DNA of 64,000 nucleotides from Mobula hypostoma (taxonomy: Eukaryota). The position numbers were made by a program, and so were the translations under genes. The stretch spans positions 228,720,001 through 228,784,000 of the forward strand of contig NC_086097.1 in the NCBI RefSeq assembly GCF_963921235.1, written 5' to 3'. Below, in pieces: positions 37,558 through 50,059 of this stretch (positions within the stretch are counted from its first letter, which is position 1; the number at the start of each line of letters is the position of its first letter). Below the pieces are notes generated by a model that was not told the DNA's origin, ran no database searches, and saw only the letters and a list, made by a program, of their open reading frames with translations.

Positions 37558-39211
37558 CAGTAGCATGCAAAAGCTTGGGCGCCCCTGGTCAAAATTTCTG
37601 TTACTGTGAATAACTAAGTGAGTAGAAGATGAAATGATCTCCAAAAATCATAAAGTTAAAGATGAAATATTCTTTTCAATGTTTTAAGCAAGATTAGAGT
37701 ATTATTTTTGTTTTGCACAATTTTAGAGTGAATATAAGGAAAGGAGCATCATGCAAAAGTTCGGGCACCCCAAGAGATTTGAGCTCTCAGATAACTTTTA
37801 GCAAGGTCTCAGACCTTAATTAGCTTGTTAGGGCTATGGCTTGTTCACAGTCATCATTAGGAAAACCCAGGTGATGCAAATTTCAAAGCTTTATAAAATA
37901 CCCTGACTCCTCAAACCTTGTCCCAACAATCAGCAGCTATGGGCTCCTCTAAACAGCTGCCTAGCACTCTGAAAATTAAAATAAATGACACCCACAAAGC
38001 AGGAGAAGGCTATAAGAAGATAGCAAAGCGTTTTCAGGAAGCTGTTTCCTCAATTCGTAATGTAATTAAGAAATGGCAGTTAACAGGAACGGTGGAGGTC
38101 AAGTTGAGGTCTGGAAGACCAAGAAAACTTTCTGATAGGATTGCTAGAAAGGCAAATCAAAACCCTTGTTTGATTGCAAAAGACCTTCAGGAAGATTTAG
38201 CAGACTCTGGAGTGGTGGTGCACTGTTCTACTGTGCAGCAACATCTGTACAAATATTACCTTCATGGAAGAGTCATCAGAAGAAAACCTTACCTGTGTCC
38301 TCACCACAAAATTCAGCATCAGAAATTTGCAAAGGAACATCTAAACAAGCCTGATGCATTTTGGAAACAAGTCCTGTGGACGGTTGAAGTTAAAATAGAA
38401 CTTCTTGGCCGCAATAAGCAAAGGTATGTTTGGAGAAAAAAGGGTGCAGAATTTCATGAAAAGAACATCTCTCCAACTGTTAAGCACGGGGGTGGATCGA
38501 TCATGCTTTGGGCTTGTGTTTCAGCCAGTGGCACGGGGAACATTTACTGGTAGAGGGGAAAATGAATTCAATTAAATACCAGCAAATTCTGGAAGCAAAC
38601 ATCACACCGTCTGTAAAAAAGCCAAAGATGAAAAGAGGATGGCTTCTACAACAGGATAATGATCCTAAACACACCTCAAAATCCACAATGGACTACCTCA
38701 AGAGACACAATCTGAAGGTTTTGCCATGGCCCTCACAGTCCCCTGACCTAAACATCATCGAAAATCTGTGGATAGACCTCAAAGGAGCAGTGCATGCAAG
38801 ACGGCCCAACTAGAACTAGAAGCCTTTTGCAAGGAAGAATGGGTGAAAATCCCCCAACTAGAACTAGAAGCCTTTTGCAAGAAAGAATGGGCGAAAATCC
38901 CCCAAACAAGAATTGAAAGACTCTTAGCTGGCTACAGAAAGTGTTTACAAGCTGTGATACTTGCCAAAGGGGGTGTTACTAAGTACTGACCATGCAGGAT
39001 TCCCAAACTTTTGCTTTAGGCCCTTTTCCTTTTTTTGTAATTTTGAAACTGTAAAAGACGGAAATAAAAAAGTAATCTTGCTTAAAATATTAAAGAAATG
39101 TGTCATCTTTAACTTTATGCCTTTTGGAAATCAGGTCATCTTTTACTCGCTTAGCTATTCATAGTAACAGAAATTTTGACCAGGGGGTGCCCAAACTTTT
39201 GCAGGCCACTG
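37558..39211 (+). mobile_element. Full-length Tc1 DNA transposon, IR/DR type, 1654 bp
   Basis: TA TSD; TIR CAGTAGCATGCAAAAGCTTGGGCGCCCCTGGTCAAAATTTCTG and its reverse-complement match at the right end; inner direct repeats near 37750 and 39000. Confidence 0.97.
37939..38989 (+). pseudogene. Tc1 DD34E transposase, inactivated
   Basis: GYKKIAKR, RSGRPRK; WTVE (first catalytic D->V); KHGGGSIMLW; QQDNDPKH..SPDLNIIE (34 residues between D and E). Frameshifts near 38545 and 38808; 48-bp duplication. Confidence 0.95.
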
Positions 39212-39316
39212 TATGTATATAATCCAGACCTCTCAGGCCATTGAAATCTCCAATCAACCACAACAGAGTAGCTGTAAGCAGGTGCCACCGCGACTTGAGG
39301 CCCTGAGTTTTTTTTC

Positions 39317-39997
39317 AGATTATGAGAACACTCAGTCCTCTTTTATTGTCATTTAGAAATGCATACATGCATTAAGAAATGATACAATGTTTCTCCAGAG
39401 TGATATCACAGAAAACAGGACAAACCAAAGACTAACACTGACAGAACCACATAATTATAACATATAGTTACAGCAGTGCAAAGCAATACCATAATTTGAT
39501 AAAGAACAAACCATGGGCACAGTAAAAAAAGTCAAAGTCCCCGAGTCGATCGACTCCCGAGTCCCCGATAGCAGGTGGCAAAAGGGAGAAACTCCCTGCC
39601 ATAAACCTCCAAGCACCATCAACTTGCCGATGCCTTGGAAGCAGCCGACCACAGCAGACACTGAGCCCATCCATCCAAAAACTTCAAGCCTCCGACCAGC
39701 CCCTCCAATACAGCCTCCCGAGCGCCATCCTCTGCCGAGCGCCTTCAACCTCTCCCCGGCCGCTGAAACAAACAAAGCTGAGGATTCAGGCCTTCTGCTC
39801 TGGAGATTCCGGTTACCACACAGTAGCAGCGGCAGCGAAGCGGGCATTTCAGAAGTTTTTTCAGATGTTCCTCCACACTCTCACATCTGTCTCCATCAAA
39901 TCAGAATTGTGCACAGTCCCCTCCTTGACAGATTACAGATATCATTCACCGGAGAGGCCACGCGCGCTGCCGTTGCACCGCCATCTTCTCCTCCTCT
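39317..39997 (-). mobile_element. Non-coding non-autonomous retroelement 'X', copy 2
   Basis: Same termini and body as 19677-20355. Confidence 0.85.
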
Positions 39998-40224
39998 TAA
40001 TTGAGTGCCTCTGAAATCTGCAATCGACAACAATCACCATTTCAACCAATCTAATTAATCTATTGTTATAGACATTTCAGGCCAATGAACCTGTTTAAAG
40101 AAACCATACCAATCTTATGAATGCAGTTATCAGGTGCCACCTTGTCAAAGAAGTCTTTAGCTTGTCTGAAGTTTGCATTATTCTTGGATGTTTTCTGTTT
40201 TATTGTTAACACATGGGAATAACG

Positions 40225-41712
40225 TATTACTTGATTCTGTCATGATCCCGGAGGATTGGAAGATTGCAAATGTCGCTACACTCTTTAAGAAGGGAAGAAG
40301 GCAAAAGAAAAGAAATTATAGACTAGTTTGCCTAACCTCAGTGGTTGGGAAAGTGTTGGAGTCCATTATTAAGAATGAGATTTCAGGGTACCTGGAGACA
40401 CATAATAAAATGAGTCAAAGTCAGCATGGTTTCTGTAAAGGGAAATCTTGTCTGACAAATCTGTTAGAGTTCTTCGAGGAAGTAACAAGCAGGGTAGACA
40501 AAGGAGAGGCAGTGGATGTCATTTACTTGGATTTTCAGAAGACGTTTGATAAGGTGCCACACATGAGACTGCTTAACAAGATAAAATCCCATGGCATTAC
40601 AAGATAGATAATGGATAGGGGAATGGCTGACAGGCAGGAGGCAGTGAGTGGGAATAAAGAGGACCTTTTCTGGTTGGCTGCCAGTGACTAGTGGTGTTTC
40701 TCAGGGGTCAGTACTGGGACCACTACTTTTCACATTGTGCGTCAGTGATTTGGATAATGGAATTGATGGCTTGTGGCAAAGTTAGTGGATGATACGAAGA
40801 TAGTTGAGGGGTAGGTAGAACTGAGGGAGCAATGCAATTGCAGAAAAACTTAGACAAATTTGAAGAATGGGCAAAAAGGTGGCAGATGGAATACAGTGTT
40901 GGGAAATGTATGATAATGCATTTTGGTAAAGGGAGCAATAGTGCAGATTATTATCTAAATAGGGAGAAGGTTCAAACATCAGAGGTGCAGAAGGACTTAG
41001 GAGTCCTTGTGCAAGATCCCCAGAAGGTTAATTTACTGGTTAAGTCTGTAGTAAAGAAGGCAAATACAATGTTGGCAACTATTTCAAGGGGAATAGAGTA
41101 TACAAGCAAGGAGATAATGCTGAGCCTTTATAAGACACTATTCAGACCATATCTGAAGTATTGTCAATGGTTTTGGGCCCCATATTTCGGAAAGGATGTG
41201 TTGTCATTGGAGAGAGTCCAGAGGAAGTTCACGAAGGATGACTCCGGGAATGAACGGATTAACATAAGAGGAACGTTTGGCAGCTTTAAGCCTGTACTCA
41301 CTGGAAATTAGAAGAACGTGGGGAGGGGATCTCAATGAAACCTACCGAATGTTGAAAGGACTAGATGGGGTGAATGTAGGGAGGATGTTTCCTATGGTGG
41401 GGATATCCAGAACGAGAGGGCACAGCCTCAAAATTGAGGGGCATCTTTTAGAACAGAGGTAAGAAGGACTTATTTTAGCCAGAGGGTAGTAAATCTGTGG
41501 AATGCTCTGTCACAGACACCTGCGACGGCTAAGTCTGTGGGTATATTTAAGGCGGAAGTTGATTGTTTCCTGATCGGTCAGGGCACCAAAGGATATGGCG
41601 AAAAGGCAGGTGTATAGGGTTGAGTGGGATCCAGAATCAGCCATGATGGAACGGTAGAGCAGACTCGATGGGCTGAAAGACCTAATTCTGCTCCTTTGTC
41701 TGTGGTCTTATC
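40225..41712 (+). mobile_element. CR1 LINE (RT to 3' end)
   Basis: PEDWKIANV..LFKKG, QHGFCKGKSCLTNL, VIYLDFQK.FDKVPH; 3' GGGCTGAA..CCTAATTCTGCTCC..GGTCTTA. Confidence 0.95.
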
Positions 41713-42029
41713 TGTGGTATTCATTTCTCAGAAGCTGAACTCTGGATGAGCAACAGCATGACCTCTTGAAATGATGGCAATTTAATTATTTCTAGCTCAC
41801 AGATAAAGTGTATCCCTTTTGTTATCATTCACTTAAACTGAATAAGTAATGGCTTCCTTTCATTTACGTCCATGGACATTGCTGGCAATTCTACAATCAT
41901 TACTCTATAATTTCCTCTCTGAGAAAAATCCATAAATATTTTGAGATCAAATTTAATCAAGGTTTTAATATGAATACAAATTCAGAAGATGATTGTAAGG
42001 GAATTTCTTATACATCTTCTCCGAGGATC

Positions 42030-42380
42030 GATGGGAGAAGAGGCTTATGAATTCCTGAGGTCCCAAGAGCAATGTAGTTTTGCCATCTGACACCTGGTTC
42101 TTGGTAGGGTCACCCGTGGCGGGAAAGTCAAGGAGGAGGTTCAGACAAAGTGCGATCCATCCAAGACCACAACAATGGAGCTGGCGGAAGATGATGGTGC
42201 ATCACAAAGGCAGTGAAGGCTGCAACAGGGAAGGGTCCCCAGTCATCTTGCATTCCATCCACTGGACCCCAGCCCTGATCTGTCAAGGGCAGTGTAGTGA
42301 GTGTCTGTGCATTAGCATTGTTAAACGAAGTCACACACAAGCACTCTCCGGCTCTCCTGTAACGGAATCCATCCTAACAC
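42030..42380 (+). mobile_element. Rex3/Expander-like (RTE clade) 5' region remnant
   Basis: TGGTAGGGTCACCCGTGGCGGGAAAGTCAAGGAGGAGGTTCAGACAAAGTGCGATCC resembles the Rex3/Expander 5' UTR as recalled. Confidence 0.5.
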
Positions 42381-44139
42381 ACCAGATTAATCTCTAATAC
42401 GACACCTGAAAACCCATGAAATACGCAATCCCCGAGGAGAACCTCACACTTGACTCAAGTGATTGCAAAAACTACTTCCTACAGATCACTCTCAATTGCA
42501 CTGCTGTGCAAATTAGGGGGTACATTTGTTTGAAAATGGCAATTTTATTTTTCCTGATAGCTGAATTGAGTTTGAAGAGACAACGAACAGGAACATGTAT
42601 TATGAACTTGCACACTGGAATGAATAATCTGCTAGAAAGATTTTGGGTGCTTTCAGTAATGCTGCAGCACCATCGTCTGCAAGCAAGTCTATTGTTTCAA
42701 GTGGAACTTTGTACTGTTGAAGCAGCAGTGATTTCTCATTTATTCTGTGGCACGGGTGCAGAAGCCTGTGACCTCTGCAAGATATGTGCGGTAAGCCTCA
42801 GAGCTGAGCATGAGTGAGCTGCTTGCATATTTGACATTCACCAATAACTCCCAAATGTATTTGCAAAGTTATACAAATGTCATTGGGTCAGGTGATGCAG
42901 GGGTTACTTGTATAAAATCATTTGCAGAGATTTCCTTGTTGTCCTAATGTTCAAAGCTCCTGTGCCCTGTAAGTGTTAGAGCAAAGAAAAGTTAACAAGA
43001 CATTCAAGGACCCTGAGGTATTAAGGAGAGTTTTTAGGTTGTGAAATGAAATGCCCACATGTGATCCAAGAGTGAATGGATCCCACGAAAGCTGCTGGAG
43101 ACAACAAAAAGCTTTATATCTGATTTGGCATGAAGCATTGCAAATACCATGGAAATGGCAGGCAAGACTGCCAGGGAATCCCCTCCTGTGTCAGTCACAA
43201 ATGTAAATGTGTTCAGCAGTCAATGGTCCTGGAACAATTTCAGTGTCATAGAACAGAACAGTACAACACAGAAACAAACCTTTCAGCCTACAATGTCATG
43301 CCAAACTAATTGAATTAGTAATCACACTAAACTAATCCTAACTGCCTACAAAATGTCCATATCCTTCCATTACTGCATATTTCTGTGCCTCTCTCAGGAC
43401 TTCTTGAATGCTTCTGTCGTATTGGCCTCCACCGCCATCACAGGCAAAGCGTTCTAAGCACCCACAGCTCTCTGTGTAAATAACCTGATCCTTTGAATTT
43501 ACCCCTTCTCTCACCTTAAATGCATGCCCTCTGGTACTAGACATTTTAACACTGGGAAAAAGATACTGACTGCCTACTCTATCTATGCTTATTGTAATCT
43601 TATAGACCTCTATCAGATCTCCCTCAGCCTCTGCCGCTGGAGAGAAAACAATTCAAGTTCATCCAACCTTCTGTTCCAGCAGTTCCCTTCTAATCAAAAC
43701 ACCATACTGATAAGCCTCTTCTGCACCATCTCCAAAGCCTCCGCATCCTTCCTATAACTGGACGACTAGAACTGAATACAATATTCCAGGTATGGTCTAA
43801 CTAGAGGTTATAAAGCTGAAACATAACTTTCCAAATATTTAACTCAATTCTTTAATCAATAAAGACAATCATGCCATATGCTTCCTTTACCATCCTACCA
43901 TCCTGTGCAGTCACTTTCAGGAAGCTATGAATTCAGACTGTAATATCCCTCTGTACATCAATACTGGTCATTAAAAGTGTACTGTGCCTTTACATTTGAT
44001 CTCCCAAAGTGCAACAATTCACATCGGACTGGGTTAAACTCTGTCTGCCATTTATCCACCCACATCTACAACTGATCTAAATCCTGCTGAATCCTTTAGC
44101 AGATATCCGTCCTATCCACAACTCGACCAATCTTTGCAT

Positions 44140-44374
44140 TGTAGGATATTGTAACGGGTGACAGTTCACACATATTGTTCATAATAGAAACTGTTCTAGA
44201 TAATTCACAAACACTGTCATTGAGTTGTCATGTTCACTTTAAGAGATGGTGTCTGCTGTAATGATGTCAGTATAAGTCAACTGCTTTTGGTTTGTTTGTA
44301 ATGGAAATAAAGGGCTGCGTCTTTTGTTAGGCACATGGAACAGCTCTCTCATGCTTTATTCATAAAATTCTACA
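44140..44374 (+). mobile_element. Short solo-LTR-like insertion (~235 bp)
   Basis: TGTAG...CTACA inverted termini; internal AATAAA; interrupts the CR1; TSD degenerate (GCAT/ATAT). Confidence 0.55.
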
Positions 44375-44426
44375 ATATAATTTGCAATTTATTGTTAACC
44401 CACCCACCTACCTTTTAATCCAGGTG

Positions 44427-45524
44427 GGGAGGGAACGTCGACTCAGACCATGAGAGGCCCGTGTCAGGCATTTTCATGCCTTACAAGTGTTACGAGAATA
44501 CACATAAAATTAAGATGTTTGCTGGCCTGGGCTAGCATCAGTGGCATCAGCAGTTGGTCTGCCACCTGCCCTCAGGGGAAGGAGAGATAAGGAACAATGG
44601 AGCAGCGTCTGGAGATGTGTAATGAAGGGATGTGGGAGAGAGAGCTGTCTGGAGCGGCTCCCCCCTTTGAACCCTGAACTGTTTGAAGTGATGGACAGGC
44701 GATGCCCCAGCAGGGGGATAAAAAGGGACAGGTTCGCTAAAACAGACACACGCCACCCGAGGTAACAAGACCCTGGAAGCGGTGCGCCTCTCACGAGTGG
44801 GTGAGAAGTGCCAGACAACGACAAGGGTAGAAAGGTACGATCAGCGGGAACCCGGTGTGTGTCCGCCCTTGCCTGGGTGCCGGGTTCACTGCAGAGGATC
44901 GACCGCATCTGGAGGAGGGGTCACAGTCGGTGACCTCAGGTGACATCACCAAGGACCTGCCCAAAAGCTGTTTGTGAGCCATCTCGCTGGTCTGTGAGCC
45001 ATCCCGCTGGTCTGTGAGTGAAGCAGTGTTCTGAATGATCAGTTGTTCTTATTCTGTCTCTCTTCCCCCACCTTGTCCATCGCCATGGCAACGATTACTG
45101 CGAACTGGACTGAACTTTGAGTCATTTTGAAATTGGTCATTTACCCCTAGACAACGATAGAGCTTGATTGATGCTGTTATCTTAATTCTGTGCACATGTG
45201 TGGTTATCATTGTTGAATTGTTGCATTTATTATCCTTTCGATTACTGTGTTGCTTGTTTCTTTAATAAAACTTTCTTAGTTCTAGTACTCCAGACTCCAA
45301 CTGAGTGATCCATTTCTGCTGGTTTGGCAACCCAGTTACGGGGTACGTAACACAAGGCACAGATTGGAAGTCTGTGTGGGGCGCCACTCCTCGCACAGAC
45401 TAGAGAAATATGTGATTAAGTGCCTTGCTCAAGGGCACAAACATGCTGCCACAGCTGAGGCTCGAACTAGCGACTTTGAGATAACTAGACGAACGCCTTA
45501 ACACTTGGCCACGTGCCCAACACG
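44427..45524 (-). mobile_element. tRNA-derived CORE-like SINE with RTE-like tail, split by a solo LTR
   Basis: A box TGGCCAAGTG, B box GTTCGAGCC, GTGCCCTTGAGCAAGGCACTTAA; 10-bp TSD AATCCAGGTG at 44417-44426 and 45525-45534. Confidence 0.85.
44488..45352 (+). mobile_element. Solo LTR, 865 bp (Gypsy or class I ERV)
   Basis: TGTTACG...CGTAACA perfect 7-bp inverted termini; 4-bp TSD CAAG; TATA-like GATAAAAA near 44717; AATAAA near 45264. Confidence 0.93.
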
Positions 45525-45749
45525 AATCCAGGTGACTTCTACGTATTACAAACAGCAGAGGTCCCAGTACCAAATGGTGCGGTGATATAACTACAGGTGG
45601 TATGAGTCACTGTTACAGATACACCGAAAATCATTCCCTATTCCGCATTCGTTTAAAATCCATGTGCTACTGATAAAGGGACCTGGGAATCCTAGTTCAG
45701 GATTCCCTTTAAGTTTAACTTGCAGGTTGAGTTGGTAGCAAGGAATCAT

Positions 45750-46810
45750 TTTAAGAACACTGGAATATAAAAGCAAGGATCTACTGCTGAGGTTTTATAA
45801 GGCATTGATCAGAGCACATTTGGAATATAGTGAGAAACTTTGGGTCCTGTATCTGAGGAAAGATGTGCTGCTCTTCAAGAGGATCCAGATGAGCTTCAGA
45901 AGAGTGATCCCATGAAAGAAAGTCTTACTGAGGAGCATTTGATAGTTCTGGGCCTGTTCTCCATGAGTTCAGAAGGATAGGCAGGGATCTCAATGAAACC
46001 TACAAACTAGTAAAATGGTAAGTTGGTGTATTATTGTCATATGTACTGAGATACCATGAAACATGTATTTTGCATGACATTGATATAGATCATTTTAACG
46101 CTGTATCTAGGTAGTACAAAGAAAAACAATAATAAAATGGAGAGCAACACGCAAAATGATGGAGGAACTCAACAGTCCCAGCAGCATCTATGAGAATGAA
46201 AGAACAGTCCACGTTTCAGGCCGAGACACTACATCGAGACTGGAAAGGAAGGGGGAAGATGCCAGAATAAAAAGGTGAGGGGGGAGGGGAAGGAGGCGAG
46301 CTGGAAGTTGATAGATGAAGCCAGGTGGATGGGAGAAGTAAAGGGCTGGGGAGGAAGGAATCTGATAGGAGAGGAGAGTAGACCAGAGGAGAAAGGGAAG
46401 GAGGAGGGGCATTGGAGGAGGTGATAAGCAGGTGAGAAGAGAGTAAAAGACCATAGTGGGAATAGAAAAGAGAAGTGGGAGAAAAATTACTGGAAGGGAG
46501 AAATCGATATTCATGCCGTCAGGTTGGAGGCTACCCAGATGGAATATGAGGTCTTGCTCCTCCACCTTGAGAGTGGCCTCATCATGACAAAAGAAGAGGC
46601 CATAGACCTCCTCTTAGAACTGAGATGAGGAGGAAATCCTTCAACCAGACAGTGGTGAATCTGTAGAATTTGTTACAAAAGAGGGCTGTTGAGACCAAGT
46701 CACTGGGTGAGTTTAAAGCAGAGATTGAAAGGCTATGGGGAGAAGGCAGATGAATAGAACTGTTGGAGCAGACTCAGTGGGCCAAATGGCCTAATTCTGC
46801 TCCTATGACG
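45750..46810 (+). mobile_element. CR1 3' fragment interrupted by a Rex1 tail and a Penelope
   Basis: GGAATATAAAAGCAAGGAT...; resumes near 46610; ends CCTAATTCTGCTCCTATG. Confidence 0.8.
46143..46605 (-). mobile_element. Penelope-like element: GIY-YIG C-terminus plus 3' end
   Basis: ORF 46188-46565 starts EEQDLIFHLGSLQPDGMNIDFS; hammerhead remnant at ~46205-46242. Confidence 0.9.
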
Positions 46811-47789
46811 ATGAAGGATATGTAGCATTAGCTTGCATAGTGAAACATACAACATTAAGAAGGTATATAATCTTCAATGTAACATCAGCACAGAAAGAAC
46901 TAATTTGATAAGTCATAAAAGGTAAGCCTGCACAATAGTACACCACGATCATTTACTTAGTACTTATACGTGCTACAATCATTTGAGATTACACTCTTGC
47001 GTTGTGGAAATAATTAGAGACAAAGGTCAGCGTTGCAGCAGACTGCTCCATTGCAGAGAAGGGCAGATGAAACAAACAATACAATCACTCACCCTTAGTA
47101 AGGAATGATAGCTTCTTGATTGGTAAGGGGGTTAAGATGTTTGCAGGAGAAAGTACAAAACCGTAGTGGGAAGAATAGAAAAGTTGGAGCATACTTGATG
47201 GGCCAAATGACCTAATTCTGTTCCTATATCTTCCTCAAACCAATTTTCAGAATTTTTTGGACAGATCCAATTTATGGTTTGGTAACGAGGCCAGTTTTGT
47301 AACTTACCCATAAATACAATGGATTATTCTGGATAGCAACAGTAAAAGGCCGAGATTAGTTAATAAATGGGGAAAGTGGTTGGGCAGAATTACTCCATCC
47401 AGATTGGGGAATGAAATTTCAATTCACACTGCAACTAGCAGTCCGAGATTGCTGGTAACACCCACTGTGATTGCTCAAGCAGCTCAATAAATGCATAACT
47501 ACAGGAGATTTGCCACAGGCTGGAAGAGGATGCACCAGCCGGGACAAGTGAAATGTTGAAGACATTCTACAATTCAGTGTGTGATCTATTGACTAATCAA
47601 GGGTGTTTCAAATAAGGACATTGAGTCCATTCCAATTTCCTGGAATGAAGGCTTATAGCTTAGCTTCATGGCCTAAACAGAGGAATAAATATGAATGCTG
47701 CTACAGGAAGTTTATGTATTGACGGAATATTGAATGAGAGGAAATTGTGCCCATCCTCACAGTTTGCTGGCAATGCAGAGCGAGGCAAC

Positions 47790-48192
47790 TAACAGCACTT
47801 TATTCCTTGGAATGTAGAAGATTGAGAGAAGATTTGATAGAGGTATACAAAATTATGAGGGTTATAGATAGGGTAAATTCAAGTCGGCTTTTTCCACTGA
47901 TGTTGGGCGGGACTACAAATAGAGGTTATGGGTTAAGGGTGAAAGGTGAAATGTTTAAGGGGAACATGAGGGGAAACTTCTTCACTCAGAGGGCCATGAG
48001 AGTGTGGAACGAGCTGCCAGCACAAGTAGTGAATGCGGGATCGATGTCAATATGTACAGAAGTTGGATAGGTACGTGGAGGGAAGGGGAATTGGGGGCTA
48101 TGGTCTGGATGCAGTTCGATGGGACTAGGCAGTTTAAATGGTTTAGCACAAACTAGGTGGGCTAAAGAGCCTGTTTCTATGACTATGACTCT
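47790..48192 (+). mobile_element. CR1 3' end
   Basis: LYSLECRRLREDLIEVYKIM..NFFTQR..VWNELP. Confidence 0.9.
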
Positions 48193-49079
48193 AACACCAC
48201 TATCATCATCACAGTACCTTCCAGCAACTCATCAAAATGAACAATCATTTCCCAGTGTTCATTCGCATGCACTCAACATGGATTGGAAATCGGATATTCA
48301 GGAGCTCATATGATACATGCTGGTGAAAAATTGAAATGAATCTTTGCTACAAAAGGAATACTGGCAGAACTAGCGTGTAACACTGGACACATATTGTCAT
48401 ATTTATTTGAGAGCTCTATGTAATCTAACAGCATCGAACATCTATTGAAGCAAGGGCTTTGAGGGAAATCTAATTTCATGACGAAACATCAGTTGGCTCA
48501 CTCCTTGTTTAAGTACTATATGGCTCCACACTCAATTACTGACTTTGTTGCAAAAGGGCTCTTAATGCATTGTCATCTTTGCAATTGATGGAGCTTGGTA
48601 CAGCCTAACACAGGGAAGAGTGGAGACGCTGCAACAGAACTGAAAAATGATGAGCAGAGGAAGAGTAAAGCATTTCCATTGAGCGAGAAAGTTAAGGTGT
48701 GAATTTATTTTTGTCACATGTACTGTACATCAAAGCAAACAGTGAAATGCATTGTTTGCACCAACAACCAACACAGTCTGAAGATGGCACTGGGGGCAGC
48801 TGACAAGCGCTGCCACCTTACCACCGCAGTCACAACGCGGGCTTTGATGAGGATTGCATGTCCTTTTGAGGGTGTGGACTTTAAAGATCAGACCGCAGGC
48901 TGCAACAGCACACTCAACGCAAAGGTGTTTATTGCGTGCCAGGGATTAAACAACACTTAGAAGCGGTGCAAAAATAGTTACAGTGCAAAAAAAAAGGCAA
49001 AATAACAAAATTACAAAAGAGAAAATCCACTTCAACCTCCTCTCCCTCGCCACTAAACCAAAATGAGCCTTTACGTAAG

Positions 49080-49954
49080 GATCTCCTTACTTAAATTTGC
49101 CAACGACACGACGATTGTTAGCAGAATTTCAGATAGTGACGAGGGGGATTACAGCAGCGAGATAGGTCAGCTGGCTGAGTAATGTACCAACAACAACGTT
49201 GCACTCATCAGTAGGATCAAGGAATTGACCGTGGATTTCAGGAAGGAGAAGTTGAGGGAACAGACGCCAGTCCTCATCGAGGTATCAACAGTGGAAAAGT
49301 TGAACAGTTTCAAATTCTTGAATATCAGCATATCTGAAGATCTATCCTGGGCTCAACATATTGATGCATTTACAAAGAAGGCACAACACTGGCTATATTT
49401 CATTAGGAGTTTGAGGAGATTTGATATGTCACCAAAGACACTCACAAATTTCTACAGATGTGCCTTGGAAAGCATTCTAACTGGTTGTATCACCATCTCT
49501 TATGAAGGGCCCACTGTGGAGGATCAGAAAAGGCTGCAGAAAGCTGTAAACTCAGCCAGCTCCATCATGGACATCAGCTTCCCCGGCATTGAGGACATCT
49601 TCAGAAGGTGATGCCTCAAAAACGTGGCACCCATCATTAAGAACCCCCATCACCCAGGACATACTCTCTTCTCATTGCTACCACCAAGGAGGAGGGAGAG
49701 AAGCCTGAAGACACACATTCTACATTTCACGAACAGCTTCTTCCCCTCTGCCATCAAATTTCTGTGTGGATAATGAATCCATGAAAGCTACCTCACTACT
49801 TTCCCCTTTCTTTTTGCACTACTTATTTCATATTTTTTTATATATTCTTATTATAATTTATAGTTTTTTAGTAACATACATTGTATGTACTGCTTTCACA
49901 AAGCAACAAATTTCTTGATATATGCCAGTGATATTAAACCTGATTCTGATTCTG
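49080..49954 (+). mobile_element. Rex1/Babar LINE (RT end to 3' tail)
   Basis: KFANDTT; SFKFL..I.EDLSW..KKAQ.WLYFIRSLRRF; tail ATTAAACCTGATTCTGATTCTGA. Confidence 0.92.
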
Positions 49955-50059
49955 AAAATCCTTGCTGAAAACTTCTGTGTCTTGTAACTGTGATTACCAT
50001 GATTGTAGTTGAACTTACTAGTATACCAGCATTATAGAAAATTCACTATGTTGTGATCT

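Larger units (their letters stand above)
43248..45580 (-). mobile_element. Old CR1 3' half, hosting two LTRs and a SINE
   Basis: CR1 3' tail at 43248 and ORF remnant STRGHAFKVR; collinear across insertions at 44140 and 44427. Confidence 0.85.

Noticed and set aside
39455..40004. 130-163 aa ORFs in element X (also 19821-20443)
   Set aside because: Frames are not conserved between the two copies; GC-rich non-coding sequence.
45440..45524. tRNA gene-like A/B boxes (also 54771 and 61421)
   Set aside because: These are SINE heads: no full cloverleaf or terminator, and they continue into SINE body with a TSD or tail.
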